Position numbers and translations under genes: made by a program
NCBI RefSeq assembly: GCF_006345805.1
Contig: NC_043008.1
Span: 8,246,001-8,310,000 of the forward strand
Reading direction: 5' to 3'
Origin: Octopus sinensis
Lineage: Eukaryota
Length of the DNA stretch: 64,000 nt
The notes under the pieces: generated by a model
Seen by the model: only the letters and a program-made list of their open reading frames with translations
Told to the model about the DNA's origin: nothing
The model's database searches: none
In this document: in pieces, positions 13,187 through 26,974 of the stretch
Layout: every line of letters starts with the position of its first letter
How positions within the stretch are numbered: the stretch's first letter is position 1

Positions 13187-13699
13187 AATTCGATTAAAGG
13201 TTATGCTGACCTCATGAAGGGATGGTGTCATCCTAGGAAACACTAGTTTAATACCTATTATTTGGGAGGGAAATTGATTTCCTTAAAATATTTTATATAT
13301 ATTTAAAAACCTGTAGTTTATATTCATATAAAACAAGTGGAAGAAAATGGAGAAGTCAAACTATATTTGTTTTCATACAACAGAATTTTTTCCAATCTTA
13401 GTTTTACTGTAAAAGCATTGTTGTATGTATTTACTGGGAGAGTATTACACAGAACAGAAAAAATAAAGAGAGAGAAAGAGAAAACTCGCTTATACTTAAA
13501 TTTTCTGGTACAAAAAAATTTTTACAGAATAAATTTTAGTCAATTTTCAAGTCCAGAGGAGAAAATTCATAGCTTACCAAAAAATTGTATTTTACTAACC
13601 GAGGTCGATATATAATGCTATTCATCTTACCAAATATGAATTGATGCATTTTAATACGATAGGGTGGCGAGTTCATACTATTTTACAGCAAAATTTGAA

Positions 13700-15200
13700 A
13701 TATGCATCCACAATTCATAGAAACGTGTATTTCTTCTTACTCTGGGTTTGAATTTGCTATTCTTTTTAACTAGAGTTTTATTTTCACTACCCACACTATT
13801 CAAAAACTATTCTACTAATCAAAATGTCCTGCACAATGCTACAATGCTATACTTGATTTGAGGTATATTTAATATTTTGGCGTTGATGTGAACAATAATC
13901 ACCTTCTAAGTACATTTGTAAAGGGATTAATATTTTTTGTGGAAGATTGATTGTTTTCTTTTACAATGACATGATCTATCTGGTGTTCTGTATTTCTGGT
14001 TTATGCTTAAAATGACTTTTTAGAATGGGAATCAGCTACATTTTTCATATCATAAATGCTTTTTCAATTGTTGCTTGCGTAAGTATTGTCATTTTCTGCA
14101 CTCTGTATTCCGCATTGCCTTTTATAGCTCAGCTTTATCTGGGTTTATTCTTCCTGAAGTTTCCTACATGATTTTGTAATACATTTTGTATATGTGTAAA
14201 ATCTTGTTATTGTTTAATATGATATGATTGCGCTTCTGTCCTTAATTAATAGAGTAACTTCGATAGCCGGTTCTCTTTACGCAGCAAGCAATTACAGCTC
14301 AGGGGCTGTGTTCCAACAGTTACCATTCTCCAATAATTTAGACATCTTTTTACATTGATCAATGCTTGAATTTCCTTTCGTTATTGGGACAGTAATGACG
14401 TAGTGACTAACTACCTTGTATAGAGTTTTATTGCATTCTTTAAGAATGAGTTATCTGGTGTGTATTACATTTTGAATTTAGTTTTATAGTTAAAAACCAG
14501 TGTTTGTTTTTCTTCTATCTCAATAAAGAAATCAGTGACTTCTTCTCACGTTCTTATTTTCGGAGTTTATAAATACGACATTGTAGCTCTCTGTTGTTTT
14601 TTATATCAAATTTGGATATTCATTTCCTGGCCAATATACATGCATTTTTGTTCGTTAGTGTATACTCTGGTTCATATTACATTATGTCCAAACAAACTTT
14701 ACATCGCAGAATTGTCTGTCGTTCTGGTGCTTTGAATATTGGATTTAGTTTTTCTTTCATCAGTAATATCATCAGCGCAGAATTTATGAACTTATGCAAC
14801 GTTCGTAGCTTCCGCTATTCGAAATATGGCAGAATGAAAATTGTCTTCTCAGTGTTGTTAGTTGAAACATAGCTTATTCGGCTTTTTAAAGGTAAGTACA
14901 ATAGGAAACACTTCGAATATTTCCGTATGAGATGGATTATCGTCCCTTGGTCATGTTTTATGACTGTTTCAACCCTTTTAGATACATTTTGCATGCTGTT
15001 GTTGATCTAAGTTTTTTTCTCAATCTATTTTCTCCCTTTATTCTGTGATTTATGGTAAATACAAGAATTTTACAGTTTTTGTTCATGTTTGAAAGTTTGG
15101 TATTGATTTCTCTCAGTTCCTTGATTATTTTCCCGTTTAAGTTTTTGTCTGTTTTGCCTGAATTAGATGGCATTGCGCAAGAGTTTGATGGTGGTTCCTA
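13700..15200 (-). pseudogene. Highly decayed Penelope-like element (N-terminal region and start of RT)
   Basis: Minus strand gives LILKECNKTLYKVVSHY (14400-14447; PLE-like KADKTNNLYKV) and RINPDKAEL (14125-14151; PLE RLINPAKSEL motif) in the expected order, amid many stops. Boundaries are approximate. Confidence 0.45.
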
Positions 15201-15535
15201 GTGAAATGGTTCAAAATATCCCAACAACTCACGTTACATAGGAAAAATAAAAAGAATGGGTTGAAAATGCGCGAAATTTTTATTCATGTAGTTTTTAATA
15301 AAACATGTATTATTTTCTAAAATACGAGTTACTTTTGCCATACATTTATATATATATATACAACTTATAAATAAGAGGAGATGAAAAAATGTCTAATGCC
15401 AAATATGCCGAAATTAGACACCCTGTCCATAACCATATAAGTTGTTCATAAATTTAACCTTTAAAGGTATTTTTTAATATGCTGGTCATGGATAAATTTG
15501 TTTTTCGAAATAATTTTATCCAATATTAAATATAT

Positions 15536-15571
<36 letters not shown>

Positions 15572-16134
15572 CATGGAAACAAAAATACAAATTATTTTCA
15601 CACGACTAATATATTTCATATAGCATTTCAACATAATTGTATTAGTATATGTTTTCACTAGAAGATATTTACACGAGGAACACAAGCAAAGGAAAGAAGG
15701 GAAGAATGTCATATATTCTTGAAATACTCTCGAATGCAAAAACACTTGCTAAATAATTTTAGTGCATGCCGTACCCCACAGGCGTTTCGCAATAGAAAAA
15801 AAAATCATTTTGTACAGAGAAGAGTCATATTGTAAAAACGGGCAATCTTTTCACTGTCGTTTATTTTAAAGTTCAAAATATGTTTATTGATGCGTTTTAA
15901 TGCTATGTATTTATGAGGTCATGTTAGTTCCAAGGAGACGGAAGAGATTTCTCAAAGAAAGACAGTCTAATATTAAATAGATATCTGCGAGAAATATAAA
16001 GTAAACAACTTTATATACATACATTCGCACGTCTGTGTGTACATGTAAACGTGTGCGTGTGCGTGTGTGTGAGTATGTGAAGCATATATATATGTATATA
16101 TACGTGCGTGTGTGAGATATGTATGTATATTTCT

Positions 16135-16330
16135 TTCATTGTTTTATTAATTCAGTCATTTGACTGCGGCCAAGCTAGAGCATCGCCTTTAGTCGAACAA
16201 AACGATCCCATAATTTATTCTTTGTGAGCCTGGCTGTTATTTTATCGATCCCTTTACCCGAACCGCAAACGTTTCTGGGACGTAAACACACGTCGGTTGT
16301 CAAGTGATGATGGTGGGACAAACAAAGATA
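16135..16330 (-). mobile_element. Old SINE family B 3' fragment
   Basis: TTCAGTCATTTGACTGCGGCC...CGCCTTTAGTCGA...GGTTGTCAAG is the reverse complement of the 3' half of the 58991 copy. Confidence 0.8.
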
Positions 16331-16350
16331 CATAAACGTATACATTTACT

Positions 16351-16401
<51 letters not shown>

Positions 16402-16785
16402 GAACATACTTTTACTTCATATATATGTGTGCGAGGATATGTGCATATATACGCGTGTATGTGCGTATATGCGCGTGTATACACCTTATGTGTGCGCGCG
16501 TGTGTGATATGTGTGTGTGTATGCATAAATTTTTTTTGGGCGAAAATGGGGGTGCGCATGTGTATGTTACAAGCGAGTATGGACATGCATATGTATGTGG
16601 GTGTGCGTACGCGCATGTGTATGTATGGACATGCGCTCATACGCGTTCGCTATGAGCATGTTTACACTTTTACACCTTTACTTTTTATTTTTATTTATAT
16701 TTTTATTCTTATTGCTTATATTTTACACTTCTTTACAGGGTACCCTTGTCTGTGGAGTACTCAGCCACTTGCACGTTAATTTCAG

Positions 16786-17136
16786 AAAAGTTAGCGCGTC
16801 GGGCGAAATGTTTAGCGGTATTTCGTCTGCTGCTACGTTCTGAGTTCAAATTTCGCCGAGGTCGATTAAATAAGTACCAGTTACAAACTAGGGTCGATAT
16901 AATCGACTTAATCGATTATATGTGGGCAGTAAAGAAATAAGAAACTTTAGCACGCCAGGTAAAATGCTTAGTAGTATTTCAACTGTCTTCGCATTCTGAG
17001 TTCAAATTCCGCCGAGATCGACTTTGTCTTTCATCTTTTTGAGGATCAAATTAAGTACCACTTGCGTGCTGGGATCGATCTAATCGAATTGTCCCCTCCT
17101 CCGAAATTTTTAACCTCTTGCCTAGACTAGAAAGAA
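16786..17136 (+). mobile_element. Two adjacent SINE family A copies (internally deleted A1, then A2-tailed)
   Basis: Two B boxes (GAGTTCAAATT). First unit ends TGTGGGCAGTAAAGAAATA; second ends CCTAGACTAGAAAGAA. Confidence 0.8.
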
Positions 17137-17824
17137 AATACCTCTATGTCAAAAGTAAAGATTTTATGGAAATGAAGCAGAGTTTGTTTGGGAATTATGA
17201 AAATCCGAACAACTATTCATTCCTACCGTCATCATCACAGGAAGCAACTCTCTTGAAAAAAACATCAATTAAAGTGCAACAAGAATAATTAACCACAATG
17301 CCTGCAAGAATAAAGTGAAACACCTGAGAAGATATTAAATCGCAATAACACAAATGCAAAAGCACAAACAGATTATCTCATTAAATGTGGCCACCTGTTA
17401 CGCATGAAACAATTGTTATTAACTTATAATACACGTCTTGTAATTCAGAAATTCGATGTGGTCCAATTAAAATTCAAGTCGTCTTTAAGTAAAATATTTC
17501 AATAAACGACACAAAAGGCGGTATGGTACTTGATATTGCCATAGCTGATTATATAAAATAATTAAACGAAAAGCAGGATTGCTAATTTATGAGAATGTGT
17601 ATAATGTGAAGTTATGCTTGTCTTGTTGTCGTTATATGCGTCTGTAACTTTCGCTTTTTCTTAAAACCTGTCTTTGTAAGTTTCGCAATGATGCCAACGC
17701 TTTTAAGACGACTGCTTCTGTTATTGTTCCGACACTCTCACTAATGATATTTATGGAGGGGGATGGTGATAGCGATGGGAGAGGTTGTGAAGTCTTCGAT
17801 GGGCGCGGTAGTGCTGTTGGTGGT

Positions 17825-17841
17825 TACAATGATGATGATAT

Positions 17842-17878
<37 letters not shown>

Positions 17879-18063
17879 CTCGATGATCATGATCATGATG
17901 GTGGTGGTGGTGGTGATGATGATGATGATGATGATGATGAATATGATGATGATGAATATGATGATGATGATGATGATGACGATGATGATCATGATCATGA
18001 TGGTGGTGGTGGTGGTGGTGGTGATGATGATGATAATGATGATGATGATGGTGGTGTTGGTGG

Positions 18064-18094
<31 letters not shown>

Positions 18095-18214
18095 AATGGT
18101 GATGATGATGATCATGATCATGATCATGATGATCATGATCATGATCATGATGGTGGTGGTGGTGGTGATGATAATGATGATGATGATGATGATAATGACG
18201 ATGATGATGATGAC

Positions 18215-18245
<31 letters not shown>

Positions 18246-18262
18246 GCAAGGATGATGATGTC
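17825..18262. repeat. Compound (GAT)n/(GGT)n/(CATGAT)n microsatellite
   Basis: Directly visible; open in several frames as poly-Asp/Met/Ile. Confidence 0.95.
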
Positions 18263-18674
18263 ATTGATGAGATGAAATTGCATCATTAATAAGACAGCTA
18301 CGGCTGATAGCAGCCGTGCATTTAATAATGATGCAGAATTTATAATAAGGTCATGAAGTAAACGTCAACCAAACTAATATTTTCAGTTAAATTGTTTTTA
18401 ATGCTGCTACAATGCAATTTGGAAAAAAATCCGGGAAAATAAACAAAAAGAAAATATTCACAATGTCCACTTTTCCCTTATATGGTGTGGCTGTTATAAT
18501 AATTTTATTGCTATTTCACAACAGGTTTCATATGATATACAGTAGTTTCGTTATTAATTAAAATTATATCTCGTTTAAAACAGTGTTAAGTAAAAGTTAT
18601 ATACAAAACAATTGTTGTGGTGAATTATAATCATTATCATTAATATTATCAGTATTTAGGAATAAAGGTTTCAG

Positions 18675-19320
18675 ATATTGCGACAAGCGTAGCAATTTTG
18701 GGGTAGACGGGGAGCCGATTACTTCGACCGCAATGTTTTACTGGTACTTAATTTACCTATTTCTCTACTACCCACAAGGGGCTAAACAGAGAGGGGACAA
18801 ACAAGGAGAGACAAACGGATTAAATCGATTACATCGACACCAGTGCGTAACTGGTACCTATTTAATCGACTCCGAAAGGATGAAAGGCAAAGTGGACTTC
18901 GGTGGAATTTGAACTCAGAACGTAAAGACAGACGAATTGCCGCTAAGCATTTTTCCCAGGTGGATAACGATTCTTTTCTACTCTAGGCACAAGGCTAGAA
19001 ATTTTGGGAGAATGTCCAGTCGATTATATCGATCCAAGTGCGCAACTGATACTTAATTTATCGACATCGAAAGAATGAAAAGCGAAGTCGACTCCGGCGG
19101 AATTTGAACTCGAAACGTAAAGACAGACGACATACATATTTCTTTACTGCCCACAAGGGGCTAAACATAGAGGGGACAAACAAGGACAGACAGACGGATT
19201 AAGTCGATTATATAGACCTCAGTGCGTAACTGGTACTTAATTTATAGACCCTGAAAGGATGAAAGGCAAAGTCGACCTCGGCGGAATTTGAACCCAGGAC
19301 GTAGAGGCAGACGAAATTTC
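18675..19320 (-). mobile_element. Cluster of about 4 SINE family A units (A1 and A2 tails)
   Basis: Three GGAATTTGAAC (reverse-complement B box) motifs with alternating tails: CCCACAAGGGG (A1) and CTACTCTAGGCACAAGG (A2). Confidence 0.85.
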
Positions 19321-19449
19321 TCCTTCATCCCTCCGGTGTCGAGAGAATGAATTCCAATTCGACACTAGTCGATGTAATTACCATAACGGATAGTCTACAA
19401 AATTGCTGGACTAGTGCCAAAATTTAAAGACCTTATTATTAAACATCAT

Positions 19450-19601
19450 TATATCTAATGTTCCATCACCATCACTACTACAGCCATTATCATCATCATC
19501 ACAGTAATTGTCGTCTTCATCGTCGTAATCATCATCCTCATCATCATCCTCATCACCATTATTTTCTCAACTGTGGATGTTTTAACTGTTGTTGTTGTTC
19601 C

Positions 19602-19642
<41 letters not shown>

Positions 19643-19690
19643 ATTATTATATTATTATTATTATTATAAATCTTATTATGATCATCATTA
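19450..19690. repeat. Decayed (CAT)n plus (TAT)n microsatellite
   Basis: Directly visible. Confidence 0.85.
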
Positions 19691-20859
19691 CCTAGATCAA
19701 AACGTAATGATCTCCATATTGCTAGTACTTCAATGACCGTATCTCACATCAGTGGTAATATCTAATCGGAAAATAATAAAAAATAAAATCTTAATTCTTT
19801 ACATGCAATTTTTCAAAGAACTTATTTATAATAATTATATACTTTTGGGTAAAATATCAAACATCATAAAACGAATTCGTTCTAAATATCAACGTATAGA
19901 TTGCATTTAGAAAATATGTCGATGACCGCTATTGCAATATGAACTTTGGTAAAACACCACTCGTTAACGGAAATGTTGTTATAAATTTAGAGAAGTCACA
20001 ATTATGATGCATTCGCCAGTTTATTGTATATATTTGAAGACCAAAGTACGCAATAATTATGTTCGAAATTGCAGCGATATTCGGCTCAGGAATGAAAATA
20101 GTGACTTGAAGAATACTGGAGTTGTATCGAAGGAAATCATAAAAAATAAAAAGTTAAACGTTTTCAATTGTTGCAATCGGCGATACCATAACTAGATAGG
20201 ATTTCAGAGCACTCCAGTTCAATAAATATGCTCAATAATAAGATAATACACTTCCCAGCTCAACATTCAAGCTGACTGCTATTATATCGTTTCATTCATA
20301 TCGATCGAGTGTCTACAGCATTCTACCGAGGTCCAAAACAAGACCATCAAGAAATACATGTATTCTACGATGTGGAATACTTCTGAGTATAAACAATTAC
20401 AGTGTAATACTCGGGATTCTTTTAAAGGAATATTTCATTTTTATTACTCCCTATTTCGGAAACAAGAACATGTCTAACAAAAAAGGGAAACAAAACGCCT
20501 AATTTGAACGATGAAATCGAGGGAGAATATGCAGATTATGTCCAATTCATTTAGGCAAATTAACGCCTGTTAACAAACCTCTTTAGCAATCACAAATTAA
20601 CACCCTTCAGATAGAAAAGAATTAAAAGAAAGCAATATAATAATAAAAAATTGCCCCCGTGGATTAGCAAATAGTAAATATTCTTGCTGACCATCAGAGT
20701 AGAATCAGTTGAATGTCCTTGCTTATCACATTTAAACAGACGAATAATTAAAATCCCCTCAAATAAAGAATGAAAAATAAAAGAGAAACTACGTTTATAG
20801 ACTGTAAGAGAACATTTGATTAGGAATTCCATTAAAACACGTACTAAGACTCTTAGTGA

Positions 20860-21300
20860 AAAATTCCAGTATGAGAAGAGTGTAGCTGAAAGAAAGATTA
20901 TCAAGACGTTTAATGGAAACTAATCGGCAATTTACAGAGACATGAGAGGGCAATCAATAAATGTTACTGATGCTGCTTCTCAGAAAGTTATAAATTTATT
21001 CCGGAGAAAAATACCAAGTGAGGTAGAGGAATTTCAGTCAGTGAGCAGAGGGATTGGAAGATACGAAAGAAATACTGGCGTCGCTGCTATATTAAATCAA
21101 AACATTAAACCATCAATTATTAGAATCTTGAGATTATTAATCAAACATTTTGGAAAGAAAAATAAAGGAAAATGACTTGACTCGAGAAGATTCCGCAATA
21201 ATATCTTATGGGAATTTACTGACCAACTCTCACTGGAATATAAATATGTCAAGCGTAATGAAATTGGCGGAAATACACTGATATCCACTCGCTTGGTGAA
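20860..21300 (+). pseudogene. Possible very old R4/Dong-like LINE fragment (region N-terminal to RT)
   Basis: ERKIIKTFNGN*SAIYRDMRGQSINVTDAASQKVINLFRRKI resembles the pre-RT region of R4-clade ORFs. Weak, by-eye match only. Confidence 0.3.
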
Positions 21301-21895
21301 ATATTAATGGCTAAATACATAGGTTAATTCATTTAAAGAAAAAACTATTTGGTCTATCTGAATTCTTTCCTCTAGGAACACGAAAGTAGCTTCTGCTATT
21401 TACTGAACCATTCTGAAATATAACACGGAGATAATTGAATTCCTTAGACTACACAAGTTCTATATAGAATTATGAAGGCGATAATCAGACCGATTTTGGC
21501 CGCACCACCATTTTGTGATGGAATGTAAGAAGTCGTTCATCTGCCAGGTGCATCGTATAGTTTCTCAATAATAAAAATCAAGGAATAGTTTATTTGTAAT
21601 GCGGTCTCCAATTGTATTTTCAGCTTATATGTATTGCAGATTCTCCCATTATTTTGTTCAGATCTCAAGGATATATAATTGCAACTCAGGTTGACAGAAG
21701 CACTAAATAAAAACACGTTTGTGTGGGCTACTGCACAATTTACTAGGAAAATGTATGGCAAGGCAATGCTTTGGTCTATTTACAATATATCTAAAAGTTA
21801 AAAGCAAGGCGTATGGCGAAGAAAAATCATTTTGGCTGTAAAACAATCGTAAGTGAAATGCACATCAACTGTATCTGTTTGACATTTGATAATTG

Positions 21896-22225
21896 CCAAC
21901 TCTTCCGGAGAATTCAAGTGGTTCCAACCACTGCCGTTCTCTGAAAGTGCTCCGCCCTTATTGCAGCCGATATTTGTTCCATGTACTTCTCGAGATATTT
22001 GCTCACTGTTCCCAGGGCCCGAAAATTGTTGGTACTACTTTTTCCTCGATATAAATGCTTAACCTCCCAAGCTAACCTGTCATATCTATCGACTTTTCTT
22101 TCTTCCTTATCGCATACCTTGTTTTCAGCTGGGCGTGCTATATATATGATAGAGCATCGTTTGTCTGGTTTCCTATTCTCTATCTCGTGGTCTCACTGAA
22201 TTATAAAATCCCAAAATAGCTTTGC
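21896..22225 (-). pseudogene. R4/Dong-like LINE restriction-like endonuclease (RLE) C-terminal fragment
   Basis: AKLFWDFIIQ*DHEIENRKPD...IIYIARPAENKVCDKEERKVDRYDRLAWEVK...ALGTVSKYLEKYMEQI...FQRTAVVGTT*ILRK; carries the RKPD...K..RY RLE motifs. Confidence 0.85.
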
Positions 22226-25103
22226 CTATAGTAGAAAGGTTTATTATTATTCTTTCAAAGACGGCAAGTTGGCAGAGACTTTAGCGCGTTAGACAAAATT
22301 CCTCTGGCTGTTATCCTTGTGGTTCGTAAGATACTATTTCCCTTAATATTTTCATCCTTATCTGTAACATTATTTTATGCATTGCATATCTAATGAACAT
22401 TGCTATAATTGTAAGAAAAATAATCCTAGGAACACCCAACACGCAACTACGAATTTGTACTATTTAACATCTTCAGGCGTCAGTTAACGATAATGTCCAT
22501 GGTCGTCCTCTTAAATGTATCAAGGTCACTACGATAAGTGCATGGACTCTATTACTATTACGACTCACTAACTTCCTGAACCTTATCGTTACCAATCGAC
22601 ACATGCTTCCTCATCACTGAAGTTTTGTATTTTCCTCTTTTCATATTATTTCTGCATCATGTCACTATATTCACAAAAGAGTATTTTTGATGTTTAGATT
22701 TTGATGACCATATGGTACTTGGTAGGTTATGTGCATTAATCCAAAGCCTCCCGTAAATTGTCCTATTAAAGTGAAATACCTATTAAGCTATTCATTTATC
22801 AGATACGTCTTTCGAAATGGTATATAACGCTAACTAATAAATCACGGTCCATGATAATTATTCGTTATGTTAGAGATTTAATCTTATTCCCGTCTTTTCA
22901 CATTTCAGACTTCTGCTTTATTCACATATTTCTTAAGTATTATTGCATGCATTTCTTAAATTCTTATTTAGTGTACATGTTTCACATTTCTGTTCTAAAT
23001 AAATATCCAAATAGCCATTAATTGGAAAAAAGAATTTCGAATGATCCTCATCTTTAACACTCATTACTCTTTTATACTGGAATCAGAGATAAATTTAGTT
23101 TTCAGTCTTCTGAATTCTATAAAAGTTTCTGTTATCATTTCAGAATATCAATTATACCAACGCATTACACCCGTATGTGTTGTGAATATACGTGTCCACA
23201 ATCAAGCCTCAGATAAGTATTAAAATAGAGATATATAATGGTGTATTTCATGTCATTTGCTATATTTTGTTCTAAGAGGTCTTGTGTGTGTGTGAGAGAC
23301 TGTGAGTGTTTGATTGTTTTGTGTGTTTATATTTTGTGCTAATTCGTATGTGAATTTACGCGTGTATACAAGGGTAATTCTGTGCGCGTGTGTGTGGGTT
23401 TGTGTGTCTGTTACTGCGCCTGTATATGTACGTACGGGATTGAGAGTAGCAAGATCAATCAGTAATATTACTTTCACACGTCTATGAACACAATCAAAGC
23501 GTAATGTAATCACATCGATGTTAAACATTGCGGATAGTTCTCCATATATAGCACGTTTCGATCATTTGTGGATGTGTGAAGTTCTTTTTAGGAAGAACGT
23601 CCTGAATACGTTAATTAACATCTTGACCGTTAACTGAGGCATTTTATGTATGAGTGATACAAGGTATAACAGATTCAATTATATAATTACATCGGTTGCC
23701 AATCATATTCACAGCGAAGGGGCTTTTCATTCAATATATTGATATAGATATTATGTGCAAAGTGGGTCCCTGTAACGCGAAATCAGGAGTAGAACAGAAA
23801 ATTTTGCAGGGCCATAACAAGTGAACATTTTACATATGTGAAAAAATATAGGGGACACCTTGGATCTGATATGGATTGTTAATAAATGAAACACTTCAAG
23901 TTAACAGGAACTTGAGTTTAAAATACCCAAAACTGCACATGGGGCAATTCCAAAATCTAGCAAGCAAACACGATATGATGTGATGAATTTAATACTGCTA
24001 GTCAAATAATACTTTTCAAATGCTGATCATATAGAGGAACTTCATTTATAAATGCAATAATTTTTAACAAATATGGAAGTCGCTATATTATAACGGGTCG
24101 TGTTTTTTTTTTTCTTTTTTACTCTACCATACTTTGCAACTATACTTTACAATGTATAAGGAGTACTGACCATACACTTCACTAAAGCACATCCTTTTCA
24201 TGGTCAATTCTTCGAATAATGTACATAAAAACGCATATATAAATTTCATTATAATGTTCTGTATAACGAATTATGACCATTATATTATTCAAATGGTAAA
24301 CTGTATACTTTTCATGAAGCAACGGTTATCAAAACAGACCATGACCGTATCATTAGATTCGCGGGTTGGAGAAATTATTGTAATGATATGTTGACTAAGC
24401 TGAACCATTATTTCATGTGTTTTCCAAAAAGCAAAGCAGGGTAAAATATACAACACGTACTTTAACTCTGCTTGGAAACAGGATTAAACATTTAGAGATA
24501 GCCTCATATGATATGAATCATTGCTTGTGTGTATATATGTATATATATATGTGTATGAGTTCGCACATATGTGTCTGCAGCTGTAATTTTTTGTATGTGC
24601 AGGTTTCTTTTACGTGCGTGCGTGCCTTTCAATACGAACATTCTATGCAAAATAATTCGTATTAAAAATCATGTTCTACGCTTCAAACCGTATCTAATTC
24701 TATATTTAGATACTGTTAATAAAATACTATTCGTTCGACTATTTATTGATTGATTAATCGGTTAAATGATTGCACGATTTGCAAATTATATTCATTATTA
24801 TAAGTACAACTTGGAGCTTCTGTAAAAATACCGACGCCAAAGGATAGAATAAACAAAAGGATTGTGAACGATTGAATGGGTTGTGGTTATAATACTAAAA
24901 AACAAAAAAAAACCACCAAAGTTATTGGCCGTCAGCCAAACCAAACAGCGGCAGAGGAAAGCAATCCATTTATAGACGCAATTAGAAAATAAAGTAGTTG
25001 TTGCATTACAATGGAAGAATTTTCTGTAAAATGGTAACGGTTTCCAAATGAAAAGACGGAATCATCAAAGCTGCTTCATAACGAATACCCTATCGATGAA
25101 GCT

Positions 25104-25109
25104 TTGCTA

Positions 25110-25177
<68 letters not shown>

Positions 25178-25449
25178 TACATTACATATATATATATACA
25201 TATATACATTACACACACACATATATATATATATATACATAATGTACAAACGCATAGATACATACATACACACACATATATGTATATATATATATATATA
25301 TATGCATATGCATATATATGTACTTTCACTTATGCATATATACATATAAACACATATATATATACGTATGTATATACATATATATTTACATATATGTATG
25401 TATGTATATATATATATATAAATGTGTGTGTGTGTATGTGTGTATGTAT

Positions 25450-25490
<41 letters not shown>

Positions 25491-25515
25491 ATATATATAT
25501 ATATATACTTATATA
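25104..25515. repeat. (TA)n/(CA)n/(TG)n compound microsatellite
   Basis: Directly visible. Confidence 0.95.
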
Positions 25516-25730
25516 CGATAATAAACTCTTCTTTTTTCATATTATATATGATATCCATTTCCTTAATTATCATCATGACTATTATTATTACTATTTTAAA
25601 TGTTACTATTCACATTCAGTCAAGCCTGGAACATGTATGTAAAAGCCGTAATTACCGGGCAAATTAACCTTGTATATTCCTAATATTTTCACACTGTATA
25701 ACGTGTTAGATGTTAATAATCATTTATCTT

Positions 25731-26337
25731 AAAGAGGCGAGCTGGCAGATATGTTAGGACGCTGGGCGAAATGCTTAGCGGTATTTCGTCTGCTGTTGCG
25801 TTATGAGTTCAAATTCCGCCGAGGTCGACTTTGCCTTTCATCCTTTCGTGGTCGATAAATTAAATACCAGTTACGCACTGGTGTCGATATAATCGACTTA
25901 ATCCTTTTGTCTGTCGACTTAATCCTTTTGTTCGATCCCTCTGTCTTTGGCCCCTTGTGGGTAGTAAAGAAATAGGTACTTCGTTAGTCTTTACGTTCTG
26001 AGTTCAAATTCCGCCGAGGTCGACTTTGCCTTTCATCCTTTCGTGGTCGATAAATTAAATACCAGTTACGCACTGGGGTCGATATAATCGACTTAATCCT
26101 TTTGTCTGTCGACTTAATCCTTTTGTTCGATTCCTCTGTGTTTGGCCCCTTGTGGGTAGTAAAGAAATAGGTACTTCGTTTGTCTTTATGTTCTGAGTTC
26201 AAATTCCGCCGAGGTCGACTTTCCCTTTCGTCCTTTCGCGATCGATAAATTAAGTACCAGTTGCGTACTTGAACCGATCCAATCGACTGGCTTCCTCCTC
26301 CAAATTTTCGGGCCTTGTGCCCAGAGTAGAAAAGAAG
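25731..26337 (+). mobile_element. Trimeric SINE family A array with a single tRNA head (A1-A1-A2)
   Basis: Head at 25731; the body repeats from GGTACTTCG at 25975 and 26170 (period 195). The third unit ends in the A2 tail. Confidence 0.9.
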
Positions 26338-26425
26338 AATGATTTATATGACCAAGAAACACCTAACAAATATATATTCGTGCGTATGAGAGTGTGTATA
26401 TTCTTTATTTCTGTTCTGTTCTGTA

Positions 26426-26514
26426 TTTTGCATTGAGCTGTGAAGTATGGGGTTTTTGCATTGAGCTGTGAAGTATGGGGTTTTTGCATTGAGCTGTGAA
26501 GTATGGGGTTTGCA
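26426..26514. repeat. 28-bp minisatellite x3 (GCATTGAGCTGTGAAGTATGGGGTTTTT)
   Basis: Units start at 26430, 26458 and 26486. Confidence 0.9.
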
Positions 26515-26974
26515 AAGCATTCATTTAAGGTTCTTAGCCGTGTTTGCCCCCTGCCAACTTCAGTCGAAACCGAGATATATAGTGGGCGAGAGAGAGAGAA
26601 GAGAGAGAGAGAGAGAGGGGGGAAGGGTAATACAAAAGAAAAGAGAAATAAAGTACAGTGTTGGTGCAATTTTCTGTATCATGCTACAGGTAAGATACAC
26701 ACGGTGTATTTCAAATAAATTGCATGTATATCTCTGACATCCGGAAGGCATATTGTACACACTCACACACACGTGCACACACAAACATATATATGCATAT
26801 CCATATTTATATATGTGTGTAAGCAAGTGTTTATGTGCGTGCTTATATTTATAAATGTGCGTATATGTACATGTATGTATGTATATAAATTGTGCGTGTC
26901 TTTTCCTTATGCAGAGTTTGACGTGTGTATATATGTAGCGTCAAAGAGAGAGAGAAAGAGTAATGTGTGTGTGT

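Noticed and set aside
16737-16783. Fragment recalling another octopus SINE 3' end
   Set aside because: Recognised from memory only; no second copy in the window.
24421-24478. Imperfect hairpin (AAGCAGGGTAAA...TTTAACTCTGCTT) as a pre-miRNA
   Set aside because: Stem is short and interrupted; expected by chance in AT-rich DNA.
26426-26514. CRISPR-like array
   Set aside because: No spacers, eukaryotic context, no cas genes.
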